A stretch of 64,000 nucleotides of DNA from Chlorokybus atmophyticus (lineage: Eukaryota; Plantae; Mesostigma and Chlorokybus algae): NCBI GenBank assembly GCA_009103225.1, contig RHPI01002069.1, positions 645,378 to 709,377 of the forward strand, in the 5' to 3' direction. Under the pieces are notes generated by a model. That model was not told the DNA's origin. It searched no databases and saw only the letters and a list, made by a program, of their open reading frames with translations. Both the position numbers and the translations under genes were made by a program. Shown here piece after piece: positions 53,244-64,000 of this stretch. Numbering within the stretch: the stretch's first letter is position 1; each line of letters opens with the position of its first letter.

Positions 53244-54789
53244 AGTATATTGTCATGGACGTGATGATATGCAATATAAACAATTAAAATGTTAAATCTG
53301 AGCTGAGGATATCAATTGTGTACTTATGGTTTGCGCTTTGTCTTAGCGTGTGATGGTTTTATCTTGCATTGTTGTTGGTGGTCAAATGTAGTGCTATGTC
53401 AGGGGTGTTTGGCATGAGTGTTTAGTTAATGCATCGCATGTAACTTATAATGGGCTATTAATAGACATAAACGGTTGTAATTGCGGAGTGGGGTGTTGTG
53501 GTTGACCCCTTGAGCGGGGTGGTAAAGCCGGCGCCGTTATCTGCAATTCCTACAGGAAGTAGCTACTTTCACTAGCCCCGGCACCTTGTTGAAGTTTGCA
53601 CGTTGCGTGTTACATATCAGCTAGTGGCAGTCATGGATCCGGGTGACGCTTCTAATAAGGCTGAGTGCGACCCTCTCGTCTTGCTTGACGCAAAGTACCA
53701 ATTATTAATGTATTGATGGTTGCGACAACCAATGTCACATGACGATTACTATTACTGTTGAAGTTGGCAACGCTGAAGGATAAAGTTGAGTACTTTGGCA
53801 ACCTCATGTCTTTCATGTGCCGTTTAGCGTGCACTGTGGTGTAAGTCTATCATTCGATCTTGTTTTTATACGCTGCAAAAGAATTACGGTAGCCTCACAT
53901 GATATATTACTATGTAGTACTAAGTTAAAGTCATTTAAGCTAAATCAATTCACGTAGTCACCCAATGCCATCCAATATACATACGCATGTACACAAGGGT
54001 ATCATGGCAACCACACATGCAAATAGATTAATAAATGTTGAAAGACACGCTTGGTTAGTTCTTTGGCGGCAGAAGGCAAGGCAACATAATGCAAGGCTAT
54101 GTAACGTTCTCGGCTATAGCCACCGTTTATTGCTTGGGTGATCGTGTTCAACAAGTGAAGTGGTTGTGAAGTAAGTTAATCATAATGATAGGTACACCTC
54201 CAGTGCTACCATGACAATTGATGTTGTAGCAAGGTGCATGTGTGAATCATGCAATAATAGCGCGGGGCTTACCGAGGTAGCAAAAGTCGCTATCATAATA
54301 GGCTGCGTATTGCTTACAAATGCTTTATAAGCCCTTTTTAACAAATATTAACGTTAACCGGCATTACGAATACAAACACACATAGTTGCGTTTTCTTTCT
54401 TTCCTTTGATACAATTAATATTCAATGATAATAAAATGATACCTTTTATATAATCTTATTACTGGTATCGCATGTTATGTATGACGTTACAACTTTTCGT
54501 ACAATATATAATATTGGTTTGCAAGCTGATCGTGCACATTATCAGCAAATTTTATAGCAGGTTTAACCACTGCTAGTTTAGCAAACAGCTCTCACCAATC
54601 ATTAATGCATTGTTTCATAAGATATGGTGTTGTTTGTTAAACAGCGGATTTCTAAGCATGCATCAAATGTTGCACGATGCAACCCATCTCGGCTAGCATA
54701 TTGTGCATTGTGATTTTCCCACCAATACGTCCCCCAACACCTGAGATAGTTTGAATGGGAAAAAGTAAGGGGCCTTTGATGTGTGAGCA

Positions 54790-55551
54790 TGTCACAGCCC
54801 ACTCGACCATAAAAGACTTGGTGCTTTTATGGTCGATTTGTGGCAATTTAATGTACCTTCCCGTTACATTCCCCCCCACTTAAGAACGCCGACGTCCTCG
54901 GCAGCTGCGTATGCTCAGCTGGGAAATTATCCCAGGGGTTTGTTGGGTCGGTCACTGGCCCCACGCTTAAGGATCGGCCAATTTAGGCCCATACCGGTCA
55001 ATGCGCGCATAGCGCACCGCTGCCCACCCCACAGGTCGTGTCACAGCCCACTCGACTATTAAAAACTTGGTGCTTTTATGGCCGATTGGTGGTAACTTAA
55101 TGTACCTTCCCGTTACATTCTCCCCCACTTAAGAACGCTGACGTCCTCGGCAGCTGGCTCCCATCAGCTGGGGAATCATCCCAGGGGTCTGATTAGGGTC
55201 GGTCACCGGCCCCACCGCCCAAGGACCGGCCAATGTAAGCCCATACCCGTCAACGCGCGCATAGCGCACCGCTGCCGGCCCCGCAGGTCGCATCGCGACA
55301 GGCAGGTCGCGTCCTGCCGCGCCGACTGACACCGGCGCGACTGCCATTAGGCAAGTCGCGACCCATCGATGATGGCACTTATGACCATTTTCGATGTATT
55401 GGATCGAGAAACGACGATCGCAGAATTCGTGTGCAAGGCAGGAATCGAACCCGGGAACCAAGCTCCGATACCAATGTCATAGCCCACTTGACGATAAAAG
55501 ACTTGGTGCTTTTATCGTCGATTTGTGGTGATAATGTACCTTCCCGTTACA
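54790..55551 (-). mobile_element. Non-autonomous miniature LTR retrotransposon (TRIM-like), three-LTR tandem form, with 5-bp TSD
   Basis: LTRs TGT...ACA at 55475-55551, 55039-55117 and 54790-54868. PBS TGGTATCGGAGC on the - strand (55473-55462), one nt from the 5' LTR. PPTs GGGGGAGAA and GGGGGGGAA precede the other two LTRs. TSD GAGCA at 54785-54789 and 55552-55556. No ORF with retroelement motifs. Confidence 0.93.
55462..55473 (-). promoter_or_regulatory. Primer-binding site complementary to the tRNA-iMet 3' end
   Basis: TGGTATCGGAGC versus the canonical TGGTATCAGAGC; the one change would give a G:U pair. Confidence 0.85.
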
Positions 55552-57261
55552 GAGCATGCATTGCGTGCTGCCATGCTACTTGGTTGAACACGTAAACAAT
55601 CAACTCAGGCATATTGTACGACAGCAGCAGCGTGTGAGCAAGCTTACCCACTTGAGCTAGGCTTGCATGTAGATCCACCATTCCTCGCAACCTTCCCTCC
55701 CTCCTCTTTTCATGGTAAGGATTGAGGCAGTGGGGTAGCAGAAGAAGCCCTCCTCCCCGTAGAAGCTCCCCCCCTTGCCTTTCATTGGTATACCTTCCTG
55801 CACACGGCAAGTTACCCAATGAGGGACAGGAAGGAGGGGAGGGAATGCCAATCTGCCGTTGCCTCCACCTCCATGCAGGAAGCATATCAATGAGGGGCGC
55901 GGCGGGGGAGNTGGCCCTTCCCAACGCTACTGGCAAACCTACAACAGAGAGATGTTGGCGCCAACGACCGAGGCGGTAGCGGCGCTGTCGGCAGCGAGGG
56001 CATAGGCGTAGCTGTGCATGCTCGTGCACATTGAGCGCGCTAGTGTGCGTGCGTGCGTGTGTGTACGCAGTGCAGGTGAGAATGCATTGAGCGCGCTAGA
56101 GTGTGTGTGTGTGTGTGTGTGTGTAGTAGGGCAGTTGGACACGCTGTATGGACGTGATTGTGCTTCAAATAAGAGTAGTTGTTTGTGGGGGAGGGGGCAA
56201 CGGCAGGTTTTCATTGGCAATGAGGGGAAAAGCTTCCCGATTCTCCTCTCCAAAGGGCAGGGGAGAGGTGCCGTTTAACAATAACATTTTTGTGATACAG
56301 GATTCACTTGCGGAGGATGGGCTGCATTGGTAGAAGACTGCAGCAACTCGCAGTGCTTTATCTCAAATATGTGAAGATGGTTTCAATGCCTCGTGTGGGC
56401 AATTTTCAAGGCTCCAAGCGAGTCGCGAGTTTTGTGAAAGCTGTGTTGTAAATGCGAGCAGCATGCTCAATGTATGTATATCACCACGCAAATATTGTCT
56501 ATTATTAATTATGATTGTAATAAACTCGGCAATTAGCATGTATGGATTATTGTCAAGCATTGATGGTGCCGATAGTGTTAATGCTATTTAGTGTCAGAGC
56601 TGCTCAAATGTAAAAGAGATGGACTACAATTGCTGCTGATAAACTGCAACTAAGTATGGGTGCGTAGTGGGCGTTATGTTGTCCTTTTTATTTACCATAC
56701 CATGATGCAAAGAACACAAAGCCATGATGAATGCGGAGACTTAATTGATCTGCTCAGAGTTGTGAACCGACTTCTGCGCGTGGGCTCGTTCATGTTTATG
56801 GCGACGTGTAGACCTGCGTACATGTTGCCATCTTTGTCACACTTACGAGGCTAGCAAAAGTCATCCTCTGTGTCCCTTACTTATGTTGGTAAGATGAAAC
56901 TCAGTGGGGACTCATTTTTCATAAGGAAGTGTATTGCTTATGCGGTATGCTCTGATGTAGATCTGTTCTTGAGCCTACGAGGGCCTTGAGTGATGATAAA
57001 CTACACAAGGCATTGATGAGGGCTAGCAGAGCTGGTCATTGCCTATGGCATGTGAGCCTTTGTTATTGCAAGTATTGCAAGTTGCCATATGAAGTGGTAG
57101 TAACAAGAGTGTGAGCTAACTTGGCAAAATCATTGGATCTGTACTGTGATAGTGCAATTTGCCGCAGGTGTGCCAGTCGCAAGGCAAGTGGTGCGTGTGG
57201 GCAATCCGCAAGTACATGTGTACCAGGGGAGCCTAAGTTTGCAATTCCAAGGTAGGAAAGT

Positions 57262-57360
57262 GTTTCCTACAGTAACTCAAGGTGGTTTAATACTCCCAAG
57301 GTGGAGTTCTTAGGTTTCCATGTTGGGACAAGGTCAGCGCATATTGACAAGGCCTAGGTG
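57262..57360 (+). pseudogene. Possible highly degraded Ty3/gypsy reverse-transcriptase remnant
   Basis: Frame reads NSRWFNTPKVEFLGFHVG...IDKA*V, resembling the KCxFxxxEVxFLGHxV motif. Flanked by stop codons; no intact YxDD found. Confidence 0.3.
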
Positions 57361-59384
57361 GCCTTGGACATCCAGTGTGCCAGGTCGGGAGAGCAGCATG
57401 TGGTATAAATGCCAAATTGCATCTTTGAGTGGGGATCGGATTAGTATTGATAAAGACATCAATGTGTGTTTGCCTTACAAGAGGGCCACGTGTGCGTGGG
57501 GTGCCTGGCTATTGAAGGGGCTCTCCCCTTTATTCCTTATGGGGTGGGGTGTTGTGGTGTTGTGCGCGCGTGTGTGTGTGTGTGTGTGTCTAGGGAGCTG
57601 GAGCTGTGTGAAGAGGTTGGCGGTCACCCTCCCTTGGTGCTGAGCTGCAACTTTCCTTACCACGTGCTGCACCGTGGTGCTGGTGGGACTCTTTTTGGAA
57701 GTCCTTAGGGCTTGTGCATAAGTTTGCCAAGCCCCAACCAGCAGTAAGTAGTGGTATCGTTACAATCTTGATTTCAATTACAAGCAGCGTGTAAGTGTTT
57801 TGAGGGAAAACCAATAAAATAAATATAAACTATCAATTAAGTTGGCAACCCTACTGCTGTGCGCATACTTAAGTTGCAGGTTACAAGTGACGCATTGGCT
57901 ACCTTTAAGGCTTGGAAGGCATACGAGAAGCTGATTTGCACAAGTCCGAATCACGCTTCACACATGAGTACATAATTTCCTGCACTTCATTAGTGATAGC
58001 ATTGGATGCGCTAGGGTTGTGGCTCGCATAAGGGGCTTACATGAGGGCTATGCATGCTCAGTAGTCCCGAGTTTTACGGCGCCTAGATTGCAACTCGTTA
58101 TCAATCAAAAAGTCGTATATACACGCAACTTGATTACTACTTCGAGTAGAAAGCGCGGGCCGCTGGAAGAGGCAAATTAATTGACAATAGGTGAATATGA
58201 GCAAAGGGTAAGTTTGCTGTAAGTGGAGTGCAAAGCTTGCACTGCAAGCCGTGGAGTCATGTACTTACAGTGGAAGACACAATGCATGCCTATAGTTGTC
58301 CCTGCCCCCCCCTCTCATGTCCTCGTTCTGCATATGTTTATGTTCAATGATAACAGAAGGTGGTATAAGTGCACTGCGCCTTCAACATATAGTCATGTGT
58401 TACAAACTGCTCATGCATGCATGCCTAGATGCCGGGGCATCGTCTTGACTTATTGGTGGTGAAGCCAGGGCGCGAGTGTTGCGTGCTGCTAGACATCATT
58501 ATGGCTTGCTCCCAAGAACATTTTGTGTCCTCAGCCTAGTTCCCTTATAAAACAAGGCTTGCTTTTATTGCATTTAAAGCCGGTGTGCCTGGCATAGTGC
58601 TGAGCGCGATGGATACTGTATAAAAGTATTTGGTGCACAGTCGCAAATGGCTAGCACAAGGTGTGTGCAATTGCTTGAGCACTTGCTTGATCAACAAGCT
58701 CTTAAGTTGCTTCTGAGTACGATTGTGGCAAAGCTGCATTCTACATGACACCGCAAGCGTGTGCACAGCGGTAGCGCATTCACGCATGCTAGTCGTATTT
58801 TTGTTATTTGGTTTGGCATGGTGCAGCACTGACAGCCAACACTTGCATGTCAGTGATTATAGTGAGTTTGTATAATTTGTTGTCTAATCTAATTGCTGGC
58901 TTTGTTATAGTGTGGAAGTGCGTCAGCATGGTTGCGCATAGGTGGCACAACTGATCAAATAATTGAAAATGAGTAAATGCTGTTACGTGACAACACCGTT
59001 GATGGAGCTGGGCTCGCCAGCAGATCGGCCACACGAATGGGTTGGACCCATGCAGCGACATACAAGAAACATGAGAAGATAGCTAGGGTGTCCGTACCAG
59101 TTGCCCAATGCATTCCCATGCACTAGGCATTGTTGTCACTTGGTCTCTATGGTATGTGTTGCGTACAAGCAGTCGGAGTGTAGATTGTTCTCAGTAACAT
59201 GCAAGCGTAGAAGCAGGCGCAGCTAAGCAACAAGTCACACACTGCCCCAGCCAAGACACTCTCTGAGATCGTCACTACTGCGTATCTAGCTGCACGTGAC
59301 TTGTGACTTGATCTGCTGCTCAACACTAGCATGGTGTAAGTAACCATTGTCTGATGGTATTCTTCTGCCTGTTAAAAAACATGT

Positions 59385-59799
59385 ACTAGCTGGTGGCTTC
59401 CGAACGGGGTCGAGATACACGGATGTTACCATCACTGCGTGCGGTGAGCAACCGGGCGGAGCAGCACGTGCGGTAGAGCAGGCGAAGCGGCGAAAATACC
59501 ACGGTCACCCGCCACAGACACTTTTCATCCCCTGACGGCTGAGACCCATGGTGCCCTAGGCAGGGCATTCCACGACGTCATCGCCACCTGCGCTCGCCGT
59601 GCGATAGCTGCGCCGCCTGCCAGGCTACCTGGCGCTTTATCATTGGCAGCGGGTGGCCTGTGTGCTACAGCGGGCGCAAGGCCTGACCGTCCTGGCGCGA
59701 GGAGCGGCGGTGGTGGCCGCCGTGCCAGGCTGGGGACCCGTCCAGACGTCAGCACCGACATCCGAGGGGGACGCTGTACTGGCGGCTGCTGCCGGGTAG
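59385..59799 (+). mobile_element. 5'-truncated, frameshifted C-terminal restriction-like endonuclease (RLE) region of a CRE/R2-group non-LTR retrotransposon
   Basis: YTDVTI...GGAARAVEQAKRRKY..LFIP, then after a shift PLTAETHGALGRAFHDVIATCARRA, then back in the first frame HWQRVACVLQRAQGLTVLAR. This matches the DV..AA..E..K..KY..F.P.A.ET.G..G..QR.S..LQR pattern. Stop TAG 59797-59799. Confidence 0.78.
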
Positions 59800-59984
59800 T
59801 TGCAGTCGCACATGTGCACGTATGTTCGTGTGTGCAGTTGTGTGCAGTTGTGCAGTGTGGTAGGCATGGAGCAAAGTATGTAGCTATACTTGAACTCTTG
59901 CTGTTCTAGTAATGAGAGAGATCACTAGCTACCCGCAGCCGACTTGTGTGTGCCGGTTATCCCTGAGAGTTAAGGCCGACGGTG

Positions 59985-61272
59985 TCATGAGTGCCTCATG
60001 CCCCCAAGAAACGACGACGGGTTCGGGCAAGACCCATTGAACTGCGCCCCCGAAAAGTCAAACCCTGGGTTCTGCACAGGCAATGACTACATTAGCAAAT
60101 TCATACAAGCGTGACTACCCACATACCACTCTTCTCTCAGACCTCTTGCTGGAAGCGCTCCAGCATGAGGCGCTTCTGCTCCGAGTCCTGCTGCAGCGGG
60201 TCGAGCTGCTCGTGGCCTTCAAACACAGATGGCCACATGCGCGCCCTCTCTGCCTTCTGCATGGACACATAATTTGACAAATATGCACTCTTGTGCTCGA
60301 TCGCTTTGACATGAAAGGCCCTCACTTCACTTCATCTCATCTGTTGTTGCCAGACATACCTGCAAAGTCACGTGAATCGTCCCATCCTCTGCAAAGCAAA
60401 CACAGGCAACAACGACATATGAGAGCAGCACAACACAGTGCATGCGAGTACAAGCGTATCATGTTCACCATTGTGCATTGCGCAATGGTCAACATGATAC
60501 GCTGGTACTCGACACAAGTCCACACTGCTCACCAAGTGTCCAGAATGAGGAGTCCAGCTTGACAGCTGCAGGGAGAGCCCCCTGCATCCACGCAATGCCG
60601 CGATAAACAACAGTGTGACACCACCGATGCGCGATGCAACGACATGCTTACCGCGAGGTAAGGGGGGTTGCCCTTGAGGCCAATGGCCAGGGTGCGTGGC
60701 TGAATGTCGCAGGCGATGGAGCGCGCGGTGACGCCCGCAGGAGGCCGCACGTACACGTTCACTTCCTCCACAGTCTGATCCCACTCGTACACAATTTGAC
60801 CTGCATTGCGCTCGCTGAGCGCATGGTAATAGGCAGCAGGCTTTGCAGCAGGACCAAAGCCAAGACAAGAGTACACTTTGCAGTCCAACATGGACGACAT
60901 GGTTGATGTGTGACACATAGCGGCATGCACTCAAGCTGTCATGCAACATGTTGGGTACTGTCACGTAAGTGCTGTTTGTGCTTTGTGCACTCGCTGCATG
61001 CAAAGTGACTGAATTGACTTGCTGCCGTTGAGTGTGCATGCGCAGGGCTGTTTTTGGTTACAGCAGCACGCATGCAGGCAAAATCAGGAGTTGGCATGCA
61101 AGCGTCTGCAGCAGCAAAGTTAGCCACTCTGCTGCTGAGCAAAAGGGTACAGCATTACTTTGGCATAGAACTGCACTCAAGGACGTGCGCAGGAGTAATT
61201 CAGCAGAAAGCGGGAGCACCCCTCACCGTTATGCAGAAAGGCGTGGCGCTTGTCAGGCGCCAACTTCTCCAT
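59985..61272 (-). CDS. NUDCD2: NudC domain-containing protein 2 (CS/p23-like), 157 aa
   Basis: Six exons (61272-61227, 60800-60652, 60581-60533, 60388-60360, 60256-60143, 60071-59985) sum to 474 nt. Translation MEKLAPDKRH..IVYEWDQTVEEV..DSSFWTLEDG..KRLMLERFQQENPGFDFSGAQFNG..FLGGM. Confidence 0.93.
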
Positions 61273-61332
61273 CCACTTCACCTACCTCCACCACCGTCCA
61301 CAGCGCCACCCCTCGCCGCCTCCGCCTGCTGC

Positions 61333-61340
61333 TAGGGTTT
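61333..61340. promoter_or_regulatory. Telo-box (TAGGGTTT / AAACCCTA) in the NUDCD2-ERV1 divergent promoter
   Basis: Exact motif between the two start codons; function is inferred from plant promoter knowledge only. Confidence 0.4.
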
Positions 61341-61443
61341 ATAGATGTCACCATCACACTTGCCGTCAGTGGTTGTGGTGCAGTTGTCTTGATTGTGGTG
61401 GTTGCGGTCGTTGTTGGCGACGGCGGGGACGGCGGCGGCAGGC

Positions 61444-63157
61444 ATGGCGCGCAGAGGGGAGCAGCTGGGCGCACCGGATGCGTGGCTGCGGGGGGCGGCG
61501 GAAGGGCTGGCCCGGGCTGTGGCCGGGGCGGGGTCGCTGTTGGACGAGGGGAGGCGGGCGGCGGTGAGCGCTGTCGACGGGTTCAGGCTGAGGGCTGCGC
61601 AGGTTGCTCCGTGGACGGAGCGAAGTGCCAGCATCAACAACAATAAGTCTGGAGCGAGCACCAGTGGAAGAAGCATTAGATCTAGCTCTGTGCAGGGACC
61701 CCCCTCCTCCTCATCTTCTTCTAGTCGCCGCAGTAGTAGTGCTAGCCTACAACCGTCTTCTCTCTTCTCCTCCCCAAGATTTGCTGCCGTTTCTGTTGCC
61801 GAAAACCCTGCCCTCCCCTCCCCCTCCGCCATCGCCACTGACCTGGACCTTGGCCCGCCCATTGCGCAGATAAAGGTGAGCATGAGGACCGGTGGTCAAG
61901 CTGTAATCAGCGTGCTTGTGTTGAGTGGCAAGTAGGCAGCATAGCACAGATGTAATGCACCATCTCAACTACTGCATGCAAGCTTGCTGGTGTGCTTTGT
62001 CGTGAGAGCCATGTGATTAGAATGGAGCTTGATGCTGAGCGGCAGCGCTCAGTGCGTGAAGGTTTATAAATATACTCTGATGGCTCGGTGTTTCCATTTC
62101 CTCACAAGCGATGGGGTTGTCTATTACGCAGTTGTAGCCATGTGATTAGATTGGAGCTTGATGCTGAGCGGTAGCGCTCAGTGCGTGAAGGTTTATAAAT
62201 ATACTCTGATGGCTCGGTGTTTCCTTTTCCTCACAAGCGGTTTGGTTGTCCATTACGCAGTTGCCTTTGCCATGAATGAATGTTACAGATGGTTTGTGCC
62301 TATACCTCAGTTGTTGCTGTTGTCGTAGCCGAGCGATGCGTTGTTGGGGCTGGATGCCCCAACAAAAGAGGAGCTCGGGCGGTCAACATGGACACTACTT
62401 CACACCCTCGCCGCGCAGGTGCGGCTACTGCCATTGGCGCTGTGTTACTGTAAAACACCACTGTTTGCCTGATGACTGATGTTTTGACCGTGTGCATGTG
62501 CGTGGTGAGCAGTTTCCAGAGCGGCCCACAAAGCAGCAGCAACGCGACGCCAAAGAGTTGGTAGGCCGGACTTGTCTATCTGCTGTGTGGTGATGTGCCA
62601 TATCATAGTACAAAAACGTAGCATGTGCTGAAACACTGGCTGGTGCACTTGCAGATCACAGTGCTTTCCAGAATATACCCATGCGGTGACTGTGCACGAC
62701 ACTTTCAGCAAATTCTGAAGTAAGGCCTTTTATGAAAGCAGGGATGCCATTGTGTTGCCAGAACCTATTTCTAGAAGTTCAACTTATGCTGGCTCCATGC
62801 AGGAATGATCCGCCGGTGGTGTCATCAGGGTTTGAGCTGGCGCAGTGGCTTTGTCGCGTACACAATGTGGTGAACAGGAGGTGAGTAAGGTGTTGTTGAT
62901 TACTCATAGTGTGCTAGCACAATATGACTGGACAAGATGGGTCGTGACATGGCCCGATAACATGGTCCATGCGCAACCACTTGCAGGACTTTGATATGAG
63001 AGTCACACAGTTCCCTTACTTGCTTGTGATATGTGGCAGTTTGAACAAGCCGCAGTTTAACTGCCAGCGCGTGGATGCGCGGTGGCGAGCGCTTGACTGC
63101 GATGAGAGCGCATGCGATCTTGATATTGCTCGTCTGCCTGCGCGCAAGTATCGCTGA
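61444..63157 (+). CDS. ERV1: Erv1/ALR FAD-linked sulfhydryl oxidase with a long Ala/Ser-rich N-terminus
   Basis: PTKEELGRSTWTLLHTLAAQ|FPERPT, IYPCGDCARHF (active-site CxxC), WLCRVHNVVN, KPQFNC..VDARW, and a plant-type C-terminal CX4C (CDESAC). Confidence 0.93.
62006..62086 (+). ncRNA. Intronic box C/D snoRNA candidate, copy 1
   Basis: Terminal stem GAGCCA/TGGCTC; box C GTGATTA 62013-62019; D' CTGA 62035-62038; C'-like GTGAAG; box D CTGA 62077-62080. The D guide TAAATATAC is complementary to 18S rRNA GUAUAUUUA (rRNA sequence from memory). Confidence 0.75.
62136..62214 (+). ncRNA. Intronic box C/D snoRNA candidate, copy 2 (129-bp tandem duplicate)
   Basis: Same boxes shifted by 129 nt (box D 62206-62209), stem AGCCA/TGGCT. 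It also carries ATTGGAGCT, complementary to the adjacent 18S segment AGCUCCAAU. Confidence 0.78.
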
Positions 63158-63956
63158 GCGATGTCATTGGCGCGTTGTGTTAGAGGTATGGATGGTCTGT
63201 AATTTATTCTGGCCGCTATTCAACCTGTTGCATGCTGCCTGCCTCATTGGGCTGGCAGTGGCATGCAGGTGGTCGGTGTTGTTGACAGCTAGGCTGTGAC
63301 GTCATTGATGAGGTGACGAACCCTTGTATAAGAGTATTAGAGTGATCATGGAGCAATTTGGGCACATGCGGACTGCGTCCAACAAATTGTGCAGTAGTTG
63401 CAGTGTGCTACATCTGTACGCTCGCAGGCACATGTGTACACGCACTCGCTGCTCTCGGCCATTGCAAATCAACCAGAAATGCCAACCAGAAATGTTCAGG
63501 CGACCTTGGCACGCATAATGAGTCTGCATTGGCTTTTATATGTGAGGGAAGCAGCATTGAGAGCTGGAAACCAGCTTCATCCAATGTGCCCAACGTAGGA
63601 GCAATCAAGCAGGCGAGCAGCACACGCAGGGAAATAGGCGTTCATTGCAGATCCAGGCAGTGGATGGTCACCAGATAGTCAACAGCTTGATTGTCCTGCA
63701 TTGCCCTGTATAACATCATATCGCAATGTAAGGTGGAGTGCCTCTGGACAGCCATGAATGCACTCGTCTACATCTGTGTCATACATCTGCACTGGTTCGA
63801 ATACATTCAAAGGTCTGCAACCTGGCGTGCTGTTCTTGACACCCAAAGTACAGTGCTTGGAGTAAGACTCTGGTGTACTGCAAATCCGGACGCCCGCAAG
63901 CATGAGAGTGTTTGGATGGTGTTTCAAACAGCATAATCCGCCGCTTGTCAAACGCG

Positions 63957-64000
63957 CTACTCCTTGTTGTGCTTCAAGCTCTCGTCAGCGACCTGAGCCC
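63957..64000 (-). CDS. Possible terminal coding fragment of the next gene (..QVADESLKHNKE*)
   Basis: Short open frame running off the window edge and ending at TAG 63959-63957; no motif recognised. Confidence 0.2.
   Translation of the reverse strand, partial: AQVADESLKHNKE

Noticed and set aside
53261-53310. Box C/D snoRNA (GTGATGA...CTGA)
   Set aside because: Too short, with no terminal stem, no internal boxes and no recognisable guide.
53476-53614. Solo LTR (TGTAA...TTACA)
   Set aside because: The flanks ACGGT and TATCA do not match, there is no second copy, and there is no intact PBS or PPT.
55420-55475. tRNA gene suggested by GGTTCGATTCC
   Set aside because: Only a T-arm-like piece is present, with no D-arm, anticodon arm or acceptor stem. 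It lies inside the LTR element.
57890-58140. Copia integrase remnant (ALATFKAWKAY; CMLSSPEFYGA)
   Set aside because: The resemblance is weak and broken by stops, and cannot be supported without a profile search.
58545-58830. FAR1/Mutator transposase remnant (YARHTGF)
   Set aside because: Only a seven-residue resemblance, with no supporting MULE or SWIM motifs.

Overview
Eukaryotic nuclear DNA, not prokaryotic: intron-rich genes with short GT-AG introns, (GT)n/(GCGT)n intron repeats and two N gaps. Plant-type gene families suggest a green alga, possibly an early-diverging streptophyte (inference only). Genes reconstructed by hand-splicing, in order: a low-complexity Ser-rich protein (-), YkgJ/CxxCxxCC protein (-), membrane fatty-acid-desaturase-like protein (+), 90-aa MCPLR-family protein (-), TVP38/VTT protein (+), a 21-kb plant VPS13M-type gene (-), TWD40-1 of the TPLATE/TSET complex (+), APC5 (-), an mTERF-like gene (+), IPK1 (-), then a ~9-kb gene-free, repeat-derived block, NUDCD2 (-) and ERV1 (+). 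The most notable non-coding finds are four. (1) A complete 762-bp TRIM-like LTR element with a 5-bp TSD, three ~79-bp hairpin-containing LTRs, a tRNA-iMet PBS and a perfect Pol III B-box just after the PBS. (2) Two tandem box C/D snoRNA candidates in ERV1 intron 1, whose guides match 18S rRNA helix 18. (3) A dense ACCA-N3/4-TGGT array ending in a 32-bp perfect palindrome. (4) A frameshifted CRE/R2-type endonuclease fragment. Most entries in the supplied ORF track are shadow or intronic ORFs, and the open frame at 93..1244 (-) is missing from it. All family assignments come from remembered motifs; no searches were run.
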